Counted from the whole stretch's first letter, positions 1-12,248 are shown. The stretch is 63,367 bases of DNA, filler included, from Globobulimina sp. (GCA_003354225.1; 36 parts of 36 records of this genome joined end to end with filler, not necessarily neighbours in it), one strand, 5' to 3'. Made by a program: numbers and translations. Notes: generated from the sequence alone by a model not told the origin.

Positions 1-201
1 CCCAACTTGTAGAATTCTACAACATTTCATGTACAAGACTTGTGCATGACTTGTAGACTGTTCATGACTTGTAGACTGTACATGACTTGTAAACATGGCA
101 ACTTGTAGACTGTGGATAAGAATATCCACTCTTTCTTTCCAATCTGACGGTGTGCATGTTGGGACAACTGCGAAACTACCTTTCAAATTCTACAAGTTGG
201 G
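1..201. repeat. Inverted-repeat-bounded element with internal tandem repeats (MITE-like)
   Basis: 1-16 CCCAACTTGTAGAATT is the exact reverse complement of 186-201. The interior has degenerate ~17-nt CATGACTTGTAGACTG units. Confidence 0.6.
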
Positions 202-394
202 ACAACGCCTTTATTGCTTTGCAAACTGAAAAACTTTACATTTTTATTAGTGCTAAAATTCAACTCTTTTTTTAGCACTCTTTATTGCGATCTAATATCA
301 GTGCGCACCATAAAGTGAAAATAATGCTAAAAATCTGGTGCTAACTAATAATGCCGCACTAAAAACAACAAGTTCTCAAAGCATCGTCAGATCA

Positions 395-1664
395 TCAACG
401 TTTCTGTGAAAAAGTACGAGTGCAGTTGCATATACACACCCTTTCATCTAAATTCATCTGCCATTTATTGAATAAAATGTTGGATATTTCAGTTTTGCAT
501 TGAGATAATTTATCGATAATTTCACGTTTGTTTTGTTGCAGATATTGTGTATTTTGGTATTGACTCAACGTAGAAACCAATGACGACACACTATCTCTCA
601 CTGATAGGTCGAAAGTGTCATATTTTGAGTAGAATATGATTGTATTGCTATATTTGGATTTTTTAATCTGCGAGAAATCGAAATTACAAATATTATCATA
701 TAATTGATCCGCATAATTATGCTTAATATTATGCAATAACATATTATTTCGTGTTTCTGCATCAAAATCAAATATTATTTGCTTAACATTCCTCACAAAT
801 TCACTCTTCGAAGTTGCAAATATTGCTCCAGTTACTTGTATTTTATGCAAATATGTCAATATATTTTGTTTATTCATAGTGATTTTGTCCTTTGTTTGTG
901 TGCTGATCATACGGTTCATGCTATCAATTGTCCGCGACACTAAATACAAAAAATACACGTGATTACAGCCAGTGATGCGTTTAATAGGTTCATCCCATTT
1001 AAATCTGATATCTTTCGCATAAAAATCGCTACTTAACACTGCCACGGGATCCATCCATATATTTATTTTACTTCCTGGCTCTCCCAAAGCACGCATTGGT
1101 ACTGCTTTGCTGTTGTTTGTGCTCTCCTTTTTTTATTTTGACAACGTTGCTGTGACAAAATATGAGTACAGTTGCATATACACACCCTTTCCGCTGCCGA
1201 TTGGTTGTGATAACGTGGAGGCAATGAAGCATCGCAACCTAAGCACATCTTATCGCCTTTCTGTAACACCTCCAAAATATCTACACATGTAATTGTAATG
1301 ATAATACACTTGTAATTGTAATGATATATAATTATAAACTAAACTGTTTGGTGTCATGCATCTGGAACACGTCCATATTTTATCCAAAGTGTTCTGTTTT
1401 TTTAACTGTGGTTTTCTATTTGAAGCACTCTGTGCTTTTTTGTAGCTGAACGTTTGTGTTGATGTTGATGTTAATGGTGGCGGTGGTTTGGGTGTTGATT
1501 GCATGGATCGTGACCTTCTCCAACTGCGCGGATGATAATCTTCGACGAATATATAAAATTGTTTTACTCCGATTTGAATTTGCTTTTTATTTATTGATTT
1601 AATGTACGCAGTCAAATCGGATACAAATTTATCGCTATTTAGCTTTTTGAATGTCTTTCCATAG
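395..1664 (-). CDS. Hypothetical protein, fragmented or intron-containing, with a possible RanBP2-type Zn-finger half (WTCSRC..N / CLGC)
   Basis: Three consecutive minus ORFs. A possible GT-AG intron at ~1284-1340 would join WTCSRCMTPNS to KMCLGC. Confidence 0.35.
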
Positions 1665-1764
1665 NNNNNNNNNNNNNNNNNNNNNNNNNNNNNNNNNNNN
1701 NNNNNNNNTTAATTAATTAANNNNNNNNNNNNNNNNNNNNNNNNNNNNNNNNNNNNNNNNNNNN
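1665..1764. other. Artificial contig spacer N44-TTAATTAATTAA-N44 (first of 35; recurs about every 1,763 bp up to 61606-61705)
   Basis: Identical 100-nt block with stops in all six frames separates segments of 1664, then 1663, then 1662 bp, i.e. contigs sorted by length. Confidence 0.99.
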
Positions 1765-1765
1765 T

Positions 1766-2296
1766 ATGAAATTTGACTTATTTAATTTTCAACATTTCTC
1801 ATTGAATGAAGATGGAAATGAAATAACAGGAAAAGGAACTTTAGGATGGAAATGCTGCGGATTTTTTTGTGCTAAATATTTCATATATCCTGATATGGAT
1901 AATGATGTATATTATGATGACGGATTTGATAAAGGGATTCATTTTTGGGCAGTTGAATGCTTTTCTTTTTTTCGATGTTGTCGTGAAATTGGTATTATTA
2001 ATGAAAAAAATGTGGAGATAGCAATGAGCACAAATTATTATTTTGATGAAGAGGATGATGAGCCATATTTATATTTATATCCTGATGATGAATATGATGA
2101 ATTATGGAACGTCGGAGATAGAATGACAGTCAAATTGGATTGCAATAAATGGAAATTAACATATTTTCGTAATGATTTACAAGTTCATTGTATGGAGATT
2201 GAACCAAATGAAAGTTATTATTTTGTATTGAAAATATGTGCTTCGGCTCAAAATCATTTTAAATCATGCAATAAAAATGCAAGTATAATGAAATAA
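1766..2296 (+). CDS. SPRY/B30.2-like domain protein (possibly 5' partial)
   Basis: GIHFWAV, REIGII and VGDRMTVKLDCNKWKLTYFRN match the SPRY beta-sandwich pattern. Confidence 0.7.
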   Translation: MKFDLFNFQHFSLNEDGNEITGKGTLGWKCCGFFCAKYFIYPDMDNDVYYDDGFDKGIHFWAVECFSFFRCCREIGIINEKNVEIAMSTNYYFDEEDDEPYLYLYPDDEYDELWNVGDRMTVKLDCNKWKLTYFRNDLQVHCMEIEPNESYYFVLKICASAQNHFKSCNKNASIMK

Positions 2297-2535
2297 TGCA
2301 ATAATTAGCTAGACTGGTTTTCAACTTAAGTAATCCTAGCAATGACACTGAATACTAAACATCTTTCTAAACACTTTATATATAAAAATAAATGCAAATG
2401 ACCTTATTCGAAGTTTGCCAATCGTTGAAATGAAACGAAACGAAACTAGCCAAAAAAAGTTAATTATTGTACATGTAGCAATTAAAAATGGTATACTTCA
2501 ACATAATTTAGGAAACGATATGAACATCGAAAACT

Positions 2536-3428
2536 TCACAAAGAATTACCAGCAAACAATGGATCAGCGACAGATTTAGCACCAGTTGGCGGAGTGTATC
2601 CTAAAACTAAGTTATTTGAATGTGAATCATCATTACTAATGGATATGTCCATATTGTCCACTCCTCGTTGAGCTATAAATTCTTGATAATCTTTAAAAGT
2701 TACATAATATGGATTTTTGGTTGAAACAGTTACCATGGATACTTTGTCCATGTTATTATTAAACGGTGGATTGTCTCTTTGACTTTGATAGTTATTATCT
2801 GATTCTATTAATTTTTGATCAAAATGCCAGTGCTTTGAAAATGATAAATATAAAAAAAATATTTGAAACAACCATAACATAACAAATTGAGTTAGATATA
2901 TAAATATGAAATGTGCAACAAAATCCAATTCAACAGCAATTACCATTGAACCCAACATACAAATAACTGAAATTGTGATCAATATGCAAGCTGGGATTGA
3001 TGCTATTAATTTAAAACAATCTTTGAAACACTGTGTTTTTACAAACAGCCATTCAACGAAATATAACAATAAATAATTTGTGAAAGCAATAAGAAATAAT
3101 TTGAGAAATGGCAGCCTGTGTCCAATGCCATCAATATTTAATAAAATGTGAGAATAGAAACATGATAAAATACTCCATAATGCTCCAATGCTTAAAAGTA
3201 ATGAGATATTTGCTAATCTATATTGCTTCGAATATGGATGACATTTTGGTGCGGACAGCAAACCAAATAATGGATGAAATGATTGTAACCAATATTTAAA
3301 GTCTTTTCCTTTTCTATTCGTCCAAACTGCTTTGTTTAATAAAACGTCTTTCTGAAATATTGATACACCGAGCTTTAATAACATAAAAAGATAAGTTGTG
3401 ATCATTGCAGAAAAAAAGAACCAACTTG
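2536..3428 (-). CDS. Multi-pass membrane protein (about 4-5 TM), unknown function
   Basis: 289-aa ORF with several long hydrophobic stretches. Confidence 0.6.
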
Positions 3429-3528
3429 NNNNNNNNNNNNNNNNNNNNNNNNNNNNNNNNNNNNNNNNNNNNTTAATTAATTAANNNNNNNNNNNNNNNN
3501 NNNNNNNNNNNNNNNNNNNNNNNNNNNN

Positions 3529-5192
3529 AATGGAAAAAGTTAGAAAATGAATGTTTGAAAATTGATCTAAAACTACTGATGAGACGCAAGCAAATGTCGT
3601 ATTTGCCAACGAGACAGGATTTGCTCTCAAAATATAAACGCTATGATTTAGAAAGAAGGATTCAAAAATTAGGGGGACATGTCACTGCAGCAAAGATATT
3701 GAAAATACCATACAAACCGAGGAGATCTGCCAGACATTGGCAAAACTTACAAAATGTAGCACAAGAATTGAAATTGTACTGCAAAGCGACGGGTTGCAGA
3801 TCAAATGTGTTACCCACACGGTTGGAATTATTCGCTGCCGGCTTTGCAGAAGTCGGGAACCGATTGGCTGCGTTACACAAGAAATACAGTGGCGTCAATC
3901 AGTCGAAACCACTGCGCAAGAATCAGAGGAATAAAATAAACAAAACCACTGCCAAAGGTGTCATTGTTTAGTTACATTTTACTTTGAAAACATTTCGCTT
4001 TGAATTTTGAAAACTTTCATGTCTCTAAGATGGTGTCACAAGTTTGGAGACTGCGTTGAATGCGGAAACCAACTTAGATTTAATTGAGAGACCAACAGGT
4101 TACGAGCCACCGTTTGTTGAACAGGCTAAACGTTATAAAAATTTATCTCGACTGTTACAGGAGTTATTCCTCATAATTTGTACGCGGAAGAATACGTTTA
4201 ACGATGATTTGACAGTTCCGGAAATTATAGACATTCGACGATTTGATGTGGTTTATGCAATACAAAAATACCACGGCGGATTTGGTAAAATTGGCGCGGT
4301 ATTCCCCAATCCTCCAAAACCAGCCACGTATTGGGACGATATTGACAATGTGGCAAAGGAGGTGAGGCGGATAATGTTATTGTTTGAGCAAAGTGTAATG
4401 CCGCATTCCAATCAATTGACCTATTCCGGCAATGGATGGCTGCGGGAATGCGTTGAAAAACATGGCGGCTTTGCAGCATTTGCGGAATATATCAACGCAG
4501 AGACTAATTTTGACGAAAACATGGAAGAAAAGGATGAAAATGGATACTGGGACAATTTAGAAAACATTCACGATGAACTAATGACGTTTATATATGACAC
4601 GAATATTGATTTTATGCCCAATAAATTGGAATTGCTGTCTGGTGGATATGACAAGTTATGGGATGCTTTGGTCACTGTTGCAATCAATGAGTATCAGACA
4701 GCTTTGCTTAAATTAAAAAAAAAGCGGCTCAAAAAACAAAAGTTGACTGAAACCGAAATGGAGAAACAATTATTTTCACTGAAACAAAGCAGTGATTTTA
4801 ACAAAATATTATCGGAATTGGAGGTCATACAAAATGTTTCTGCGGCTTTTAAGATTCCGACCAACAAAGAATTTGAAGGACGCTGTGAGTTTGTTGTCGA
4901 TGCAGAAAATGAATGGAAAGATTTTGGATATTTAGCAAAAGAATTGGTGGCATTTTACTGCTTTTATACTGAGACATGTTTTACTTTGGACAGAGAGTTC
5001 GTGGATAACTTCACATTGCCCTCAATGGAGGATATCGCATATTGTATGCGGGCTGATTTAAATTATGCCATTTTAAGATGGCACGGTGGACACAAACGTG
5101 TTGAAAATAAAATACGTAAAATGAAAGTCATTGATTTGTACCATCCCATGTATGGGGAGGGGATGAGCAGAAATGAGATATTATATTTGGAG
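3529..5192 (+). CDS. Protein with about 6 copies of a W-x-N/D-L-x-N..EL..(M/L)P..(E)L..R-x-DL..I-x-K-x-GG helical repeat; intron 3958-4029
   Basis: A 72-nt GT..AG intron joins ORF 3555-3957 in frame to ORF 4044+. The repeats are visible in the translation. Confidence 0.75.
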
Positions 5193-5292
5193 NNNNNNNN
5201 NNNNNNNNNNNNNNNNNNNNNNNNNNNNNNNNNNNNTTAATTAATTAANNNNNNNNNNNNNNNNNNNNNNNNNNNNNNNNNNNNNNNNNNNN

Positions 5293-6710
5293 GGCCGTCG
5301 GAGAGCAAGATCGACATGGAATTCGATGGCTACGCTTTCATCTTCCAGTCTGCTGCTCTGTGTGGTACCGAAGGGCAAGACAATTGGCAAGGTTGCGGTG
5401 GAGGTGTCATCCAACGGTTTCATCGGCGCAAACCCTCGCAATGACATACAATCCGTTCTACATCCAAAGATCATGAGAGTTAATATGATCAAACTCACAG
5501 TATTTATAGGTGCGAATATGCCGCCGGTATTGGACAATACATCGAAAAATGACCGCAATTGGCTGGTATTCAACACCTGTTTCAATCCGCCACCGCGTGG
5601 ATTTGCATACAAAGTCAACGCGGTATAATATCCAAAATAATCATCCCAATATTCATTAGTATTCAAATCACCATCATGATAATACCACGCATAGTTTTCG
5701 TCAATTATGGAAGCCACCAAATTTGTAGTATAATATTGTTGGTGATAGCCTGTGATATCATTGCTTTCCTCAAAGACATCAATAAAATAATAATTATCCG
5801 TAGACACAAAAGTATATTGAAGTTGCTCCCAATTTGCAGAATATGATTGTATGGCCGCTGTTAAATTGGAATGAAGGTCTAAATCTGCCACAGGGTCGGC
5901 ACTCCAAAATAAGCCAAACGAATAACCGTTGGTATAAGACTCTAATATTTTGTCACCAACATCAGCTGCCCAGTTACCACGCACTGTTTCATTGCCGACG
6001 CCATAACATACGAAATAAATGGTGCTCCTCTCATAAATATCTAATGTCATTCCATAGGGTGGGATTAGTAGCCCTTCGTAGCTGTACAATGGGTCCGTGA
6101 CCCACGACCAGTCTGTCTTTGTTTCATCATAGACAAAGGAAGAGATGTTATGATTTGTGGTATTAAACTCTGTGCTGTTACCTCCATCATAAACATAAAT
6201 GTTTGCGGTGTCTAACCAATATAAGAAACCTTCCGCATAGACATAAAAATAGGGCATCAAGATATTATCAATATGTTCGATGGAAGTCTTGGTGATGGAA
6301 TTTGAAGCTACGTCTTGATACAAATAAAATTGATATGCAAAATAAGCGCCGCCGAGAATAAATAATACTAAAAAACGGCAGAGTGTAAAATATAAGGCAC
6401 GTCTTTGGTGGCGAGTGGCTTTGGACAAAATATACTGTTTTTTCTCCGTTGATCGTTCCGCGCTGGATTCTGTCGCTTTTAACGGAGAGATTGATCCAAG
6501 TTTAATATGCTCCATTTCCGATTTCATTGTTTGAAGCTGTTGCTTTAAGAAGTCAACTTCAGCGCGAAGTGTATCGTCGTCGTTATTAGGAAGCGATGAG
6601 AGAGGGAAGGACAGAGCTCGACTCTTGACATCATCATCATCCGCTATTGTTCCATTTGCCACAGATTGCAGTTCCACTTCTGCAGCTTCATCCTTATTTT
6701 CTTCTGTCAT
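5293..6710 (-). CDS. Two-TM protein with a large extracellular loop, DEG/ENaC- or PAC-like topology
   Basis: Coiled-coil N-terminus, TM1 (FLVLFILGGAYFAYQFYLY), ~260-aa loop with N-glycosylation sequons, then FFDVLSNTGGIF and TM2. Confidence 0.55.
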
Positions 6711-7056
6711 TTAGCTTGGAGTCAGTTGGAGAATTTAATGTTAAATGTTTTTTTGAAGGCAAAATCTGTACATTTTCCGGTGACGCAGTCACCGATCCAT
6801 ATTGCGGTCGACGGGCTGGGCATAATATGCATAAAACCAACCCATACATAAACACAAACCCAACCAAAAAATATGCACAAAACTAACGAAAAAACTAAAA
6901 ATTCGTACCTTAGTTTGCCAAACCCAAACCATATAAACACAAACCAAAACCAAAAANNNNNNNNNNNNNNNNNNNNNNNNNNNNNNNNNNNNNNNNNNNN
7001 TTAATTAATTAANNNNNNNNNNNNNNNNNNNNNNNNNNNNNNNNNNNNNNNNNNNN

Positions 7057-7390
7057 TTAAGTTCCAAAATGATTTATTGTTTCTAATGTTGTCTTGTTTA
7101 AATTGCAGTTCATTGCATAACAAAATTTCTATTTCTTTTGTTGTATTTTTATTTGAATTTACACGTTTTAAATGAGATAAACAATCTTTTTTGTTTACTG
7201 GCAGTTCCTTTTTCAAAATTTGAATTATATTTTGAGTATTTTTACGTTCAACATTCTCTAAAATCATAACTCTTTGCAATGCGATCGTATTTGATGCAAA
7301 CGATTCAGATAGTAATGCTTTATCGGGTGGTAATACTGGTTCCATCCACAAAGTTTCCTTTTCCTCTGCCATCACTATAGAGTCAGTCAA
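7057..7390 (-). CDS. ADAT3: tRNA adenosine-34 deaminase non-catalytic subunit (TAD3/ADAT3), N-terminal part
   Basis: EPVLP..RVMILE..LSHLKRV..IEILLC matches the Tad3 N-terminal (L.HLKRV) motif. Confidence 0.65.
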
Positions 7391-7549
7391 CTTTACTCAC
7401 GATCCTGTCTGAAAATGAACTCATGATAGTATACAACTGTATATTTGTACATGTTTTTCACGAGACACACTATACAAAAAACAAATGCATTATATTAAAA
7501 TACATGCATATTATATCGATCACAAAATATATTTTATCTACTGAGCAAT

Positions 7550-8640
7550 TTAAGTGCTAAAACTTTTCTTAATATCACGCACATCAAATCCAAATTTTCT
7601 TAATAGTGTCAATTGAAGAGTTAATTTAAAAGTATCCAGTTTATGTTCATGCTCTGATAATCTCTTTTTTACAATTTCTTTTTGTTCCATATCTTCTTCT
7701 TTAATTATATCAATATCCTGTGTTCCCACATCAATATCATTTAAAAACGATGGCAAATGACGAAAATGAGGGGCTGCCGCCACCGAATTACTTCCATCAT
7801 TATGTAAACGGTTTTGATTTGCTAAATGACGATCATATTCTTCCTTTTTTTTGCCATCCACATCAACCTCAGTTTGCACACTCATATCAAACCGTGAATG
7901 CTGTGTATATTCTACACTGGGTCCAGTTTCATGATGAACTGCGCCAAAAAAACGTCGAGTTGGACTACTGCAGTTTGAACCGGCACCATACTCTCTGAGC
8001 GGCACTGCCTTATTGGAACCATTTGACTGCACATCTGGCGACAATAGAGTTGAATTCGAGCCATAATCTTTGAATGACACTGGTTTATCCGCAGAATCCA
8101 TCTGTTCGGACTTTAAAATTGAAGTTTTAGATTTTGTTGGAGAGTTCACAGCGTTTGCACTAGTTTCGAATTCCAATGACTTTGAACTCATTCGAGTATC
8201 ACATTCGTTTGGTAATGGTGTGTTGTTTGAATCCACTGCATTCAAACCGGGAATATCTGCGCATTGTTGCGGATTAGTTATTCGCAGGTCATGTGGTTGC
8301 ATTTTTAGCTCAAAAGCAGCAGGTTTTGCCTCGAGCTCCACTGAAACTAAAAAATATAAAAGTATGTCAATATTAATATCAAATATATATAGTGTTATCT
8401 ACCTTGCTGGCGATCAAAACTAGCTTTCCTCAGATGCACTAAATCCGCGCTGGTGCGTTTGAGGCCATCCATACCATCCGATCCGTCTATAAATACAAAG
8501 GAATCCCTGTTGGAGCCAACCGTTGGTGGCATTTCTAAGGCTGAGCCTGACGCAGCAACAGTTGGTATGTTTGTGGTTGGCGTTTTAGCGCAGCAATCTT
8601 TTAACTTTTTGGAGATTTTATTGAATGGATATTGAACAAA
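7550..8640 (-). CDS. Low-complexity Ser-rich hypothetical protein, C-terminal exons
   Basis: 263-aa ORF plus an upstream exon, separated by an AT-rich GT-AG intron at ~8342-8403. Confidence 0.5.
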
Positions 8641-8820
8641 TAATCTATTTCGAACAAAGTTTAACGTAAAAATAAATGAAGAAATAGACCATAAAATAGG
8701 TAAATAAAAAATGATTAAGTNNNNNNNNNNNNNNNNNNNNNNNNNNNNNNNNNNNNNNNNNNNNTTAATTAATTAANNNNNNNNNNNNNNNNNNNNNNNN
8801 NNNNNNNNNNNNNNNNNNNN

Positions 8821-10456
8821 CTAATAAGAAATGATCGTCCCATAAAACTTTAAAATATGATGGCAAAGTCATATCAGCTTCGATGCATTGAAAATCGAGT
8901 CGATAAATATAACTTTGACTATTGGCAACAGTGACTTTTGTAATTGTTCGCGTGGTTGACAGAGAACCGCCGCCTCCCAAACCAGACAATGAGAATTTGC
9001 CAGCAATAGACTTAGAATCTGAGTCAGAATATGACGAATATGACGAGTATGCTGAACCAAACTCTATCTCATTGTACTGACATTGTGATATATCCTCATT
9101 AAAAGTATCAATATTTGTAATACCAGAAGCATTGCAATTTATTATTTGTGAAGCTGATACATCATCTTTTAAAAAATGATAACCACGGCAAAAAACGGGA
9201 TATTGTCGAAAATATTCCATATTATAAGTAGGTCGGGGTGTGGTTGGAGCAGTTGGTAACTTGGTTGGTGTCGGAGTAAATATGGAAATGCATTCAAGAT
9301 CAACTTCATAGTCTGACTCTGAGACACTGTCATTTGCTATGTATGAATATGGAGATAATGTACAGATATTATCGTAATCATTTCCGGACAGTATATATGT
9401 CTCATAATCTATAGCGGAATCAAGGGATAATTGACCAATAAATATAATATCTTCGTTGAAGCCATTCACAGCGTAAAATGTCGTGTTTACAAAATCAAAT
9501 TCATAAAAACCGGATGCAAAATATACTTTGCATGAAGCATAATAGTTATTGACAGGACAATATACAATGGATCTGGCAAAATCGAGGGAACTTATTGTTG
9601 AGCGAGAATTGTCGACAAAAATAAATGTCTTCGCATATCTGGCATCTATAATCATATCAGAACATGAATTATCTAATCGATTAGAACCGCACTCCAAATA
9701 GCAAACAGAATTAATTTCGCATTCAAGGGTTGCAAAATGACATGCAAACTGTCCATAACATAGCAAATTACAAGTTTCATATGGATTGCAAGTAAATGAT
9801 TGAGAGAGACAGACCGCAGTGTCATTACATAACCATTGCGTGGTCAATGCCGATATCTGAGGGCTTGTAGGTGATGGAGTTGTGATTACATGACAAAATA
9901 ATATGCTTTGTGTTGCATGTTTTGTAATTAAACAAATATCTTTGTACTGCTCGCCATAATACACGTTGACTGTGGCGGGGAGCTCTGATATCCAATTTGT
10001 TGCAACACCCATAAATAATAAATCATCACTAAATCCAGTTACAGCATAAAAAAAAGAATTATTAAAATTAGCTTTATTTGTTTGAAGAGAATAATGTACA
10101 TTACAAACACCATTATTTTTATTAATTGGACAATAAACAATCGATCTTTGGAAATTGCCGCCATTGATTGTAATGGCTAATGAATTGGCATTTGTTGCAT
10201 CAAAAATCATATCAGAACATGAGTAATCATCCAACGAATTCGAATTACATTCAATACTACAAATGGAATTCCGTTCACATACTAATACTCCAAAATGACA
10301 TGAATATTTTGCATTACATATTAAATCACATTTATTACCTGATAAACATGTAAATGTTTCTGCTATGCAAGCTGCCGCAGCATCACAATTCCAGGTTTGT
10401 GTGATTGAGAGTGATGTTGTGATACAATGTAACACAAGTACTAAGCCACAGAACAT
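8821..10456 (-). CDS. Secreted Cys-rich repeat protein with PT linkers and a probable MACPF N-terminal region (3' partial)
   Basis: Signal peptide, two ~185-aa Cys-rich repeats (WxC..C..FTC..C.L.C..YCP.N), TPTPT linkers, then RGYHFL..SIAGKFSLSGLGGGGSLS..C. Confidence 0.65.
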
Positions 10457-10584
10457 GCTTTGTTGTTGTTGATAAAAAAAAAAANNNNNNNNNNNNNNNN
10501 NNNNNNNNNNNNNNNNNNNNNNNNNNNNTTAATTAATTAANNNNNNNNNNNNNNNNNNNNNNNNNNNNNNNNNNNNNNNNNNNN

Positions 10585-10790
10585 GTGCAGATTTACTTTT
10601 TCCACATCATGAAAATGAAGCTGCACAATCACGATGTGCTACAGGAAAAAATCTTGCAAAATATTGGATGCATAATGGTTTTGTAAATATTGATGGTAAA
10701 AAGATGAGCAAATCCTTAGGAAACAGCTTTTTCCTAAAAGATATACTAAAATCTTACCATGGAGAAGTTATCAGATTTTATATGATAACA
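10585..10790 (+). CDS. cysS: Bacterial-type cysteinyl-tRNA synthetase fragment
   Basis: [43 protein letters not shown] carries the CysRS FPHHENE and KMSKS motifs. Confidence 0.9.
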
Positions 10791-11330
10791 ACACAAATGA
10801 AACTCCGAAAACAAAAATTAATAAAAACAATAATTATAAATGCTGTGGTTTTGTTTGTTGTAGTATTGGTTGGCTCAATATTTTTCTTTATGTTTGAAGA
10901 GCGAATTCAACAAAAAGGTTACATCGCATCATTACATTTTGTCTTTGTTACTATGTCTACCGTGGGATACGGCGATGACTGTCCACAAACGAATGCAGGT
11001 AAAATTATTGCAACAATATACATTTTTATTGGATTGTCAGTTGTTTGTTTGTTTGCGACATTAATGATGGATTATCTATGTCAACAAAATCATGACAAGC
11101 AACTTATCATGTTACTAAATAGTACGTTATTAAGTGAACAAGATTTAGCTAAATTTGATCTAAATGGTGATGGTGATATCAGTAAATTCGAATATCTTTG
11201 CACAATGCTAATCATATCAGGTGAGACATCTTACCCTGTCATCAGGCGGATTTTAAAGAAATTCAATGAATTAGATAAAGATAAAAACGATTGTATTTCA
11301 ATTGCTGATCTAAAAGAACGTTTGAATTGA
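10791..11330 (+). CDS. Potassium channel pore domain plus EF-hands (TPK/KCO-like), 5' part replaced by cysS sequence
   Basis: TM-pore-TM with the TMSTVGYGD filter; EF-hand loops [12 protein letters not shown] and [12 protein letters not shown]. Confidence 0.85.
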   Translation, partial: TQMKLRKQKLIKTIIINAVVLFVVVLVGSIFFFMFEERIQQKGYIASLHFVFVTMSTVGYGDDCPQTNAGKIIATIYIFIGLSVVCLFATLMMDYLCQQNHDKQLIMLLNSTLLSEQDLAKFDLNGDGDISKFEYLCTMLIISGETSYPVIRRILKKFNELDKDKNDCISIADLKERLN

Positions 11331-11388
11331 TGTTTACTAATTAACACTTACTTACTTACTTCTTTTACATAATTAACAATTGCTGAAC

Positions 11389-12248
11389 ATGTCGTTGTTA
11401 CAACTAGAATTAATCAAATTACGATTGCCATCCAATGCAACATTGATAGCGTTTAATCACAACGTAGAAATAGTGGCATATACATATTATTCACCAACAC
11501 GTAAAGTATATTACGTAGTGATAGAATCATTAAATCCCATTCGTCTGTGTTTTCGTAAAAAACTAACATCACTCCATTGGATATATATCGACCACAGAGA
11601 TATATTAATCACATCCTTCGTATCTGGCTATATTGGCTGTTTTGATATCGATGGCCGCTTATTATTTAAGCAACAAATCGATAACAACCCGATTCTAAAC
11701 ATTTATTTACATTCTTCACACCAACAATTACAAAACAAGAACCATAACAACGTACCAAATTTATTATGTCTTCAAGCAAACGGTGTCATACTAATCACGT
11801 CTTACGATTTATATTCTACCTTAAAATACAGCAACTTTGATATTTCATTATTATCCCAACAACAACGCAAAGAATACTTTTTAAAGATTGAATACGATAA
11901 AAAAAAACAGCAAAACAAATTAAAACAGCAAACACACTTAAAATATTCAAGAAATATACACAATAATAGCAATACTGCGAAACACAGAAGATTTACCTTC
12001 GATGATACGCATCCAATCCGTGCCACGGCTGCAATATCACCACGTGTTATAATAGCACCATTGGCAGAGGCCGACGACAAAGAGATTGATATGTTACCTC
12101 CAACCTATCATCAATACGAACGCTTGAAAAACCAGCAAAATGGCGAATTGTATGCATGTATATCATCGCCAAGCACTCCCAATACACCAAACACGCCGGA
12201 TTTTGTATTCTCGTCATCCTCATCTCCCTCACCTTATGATGACGTAAA
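11389..12248 (+). CDS. Rab3GAP non-catalytic subunit (RAB3GAP2) N-terminal-like protein, partial
   Basis: ITSFVSGYIGCFDIDGRLLFKQQIDNNPILNI resembles RAB3GAP2 VGFSSGYVRFYTE.G.LL..Q.L...PV (recalled, not searched). Confidence 0.5.
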
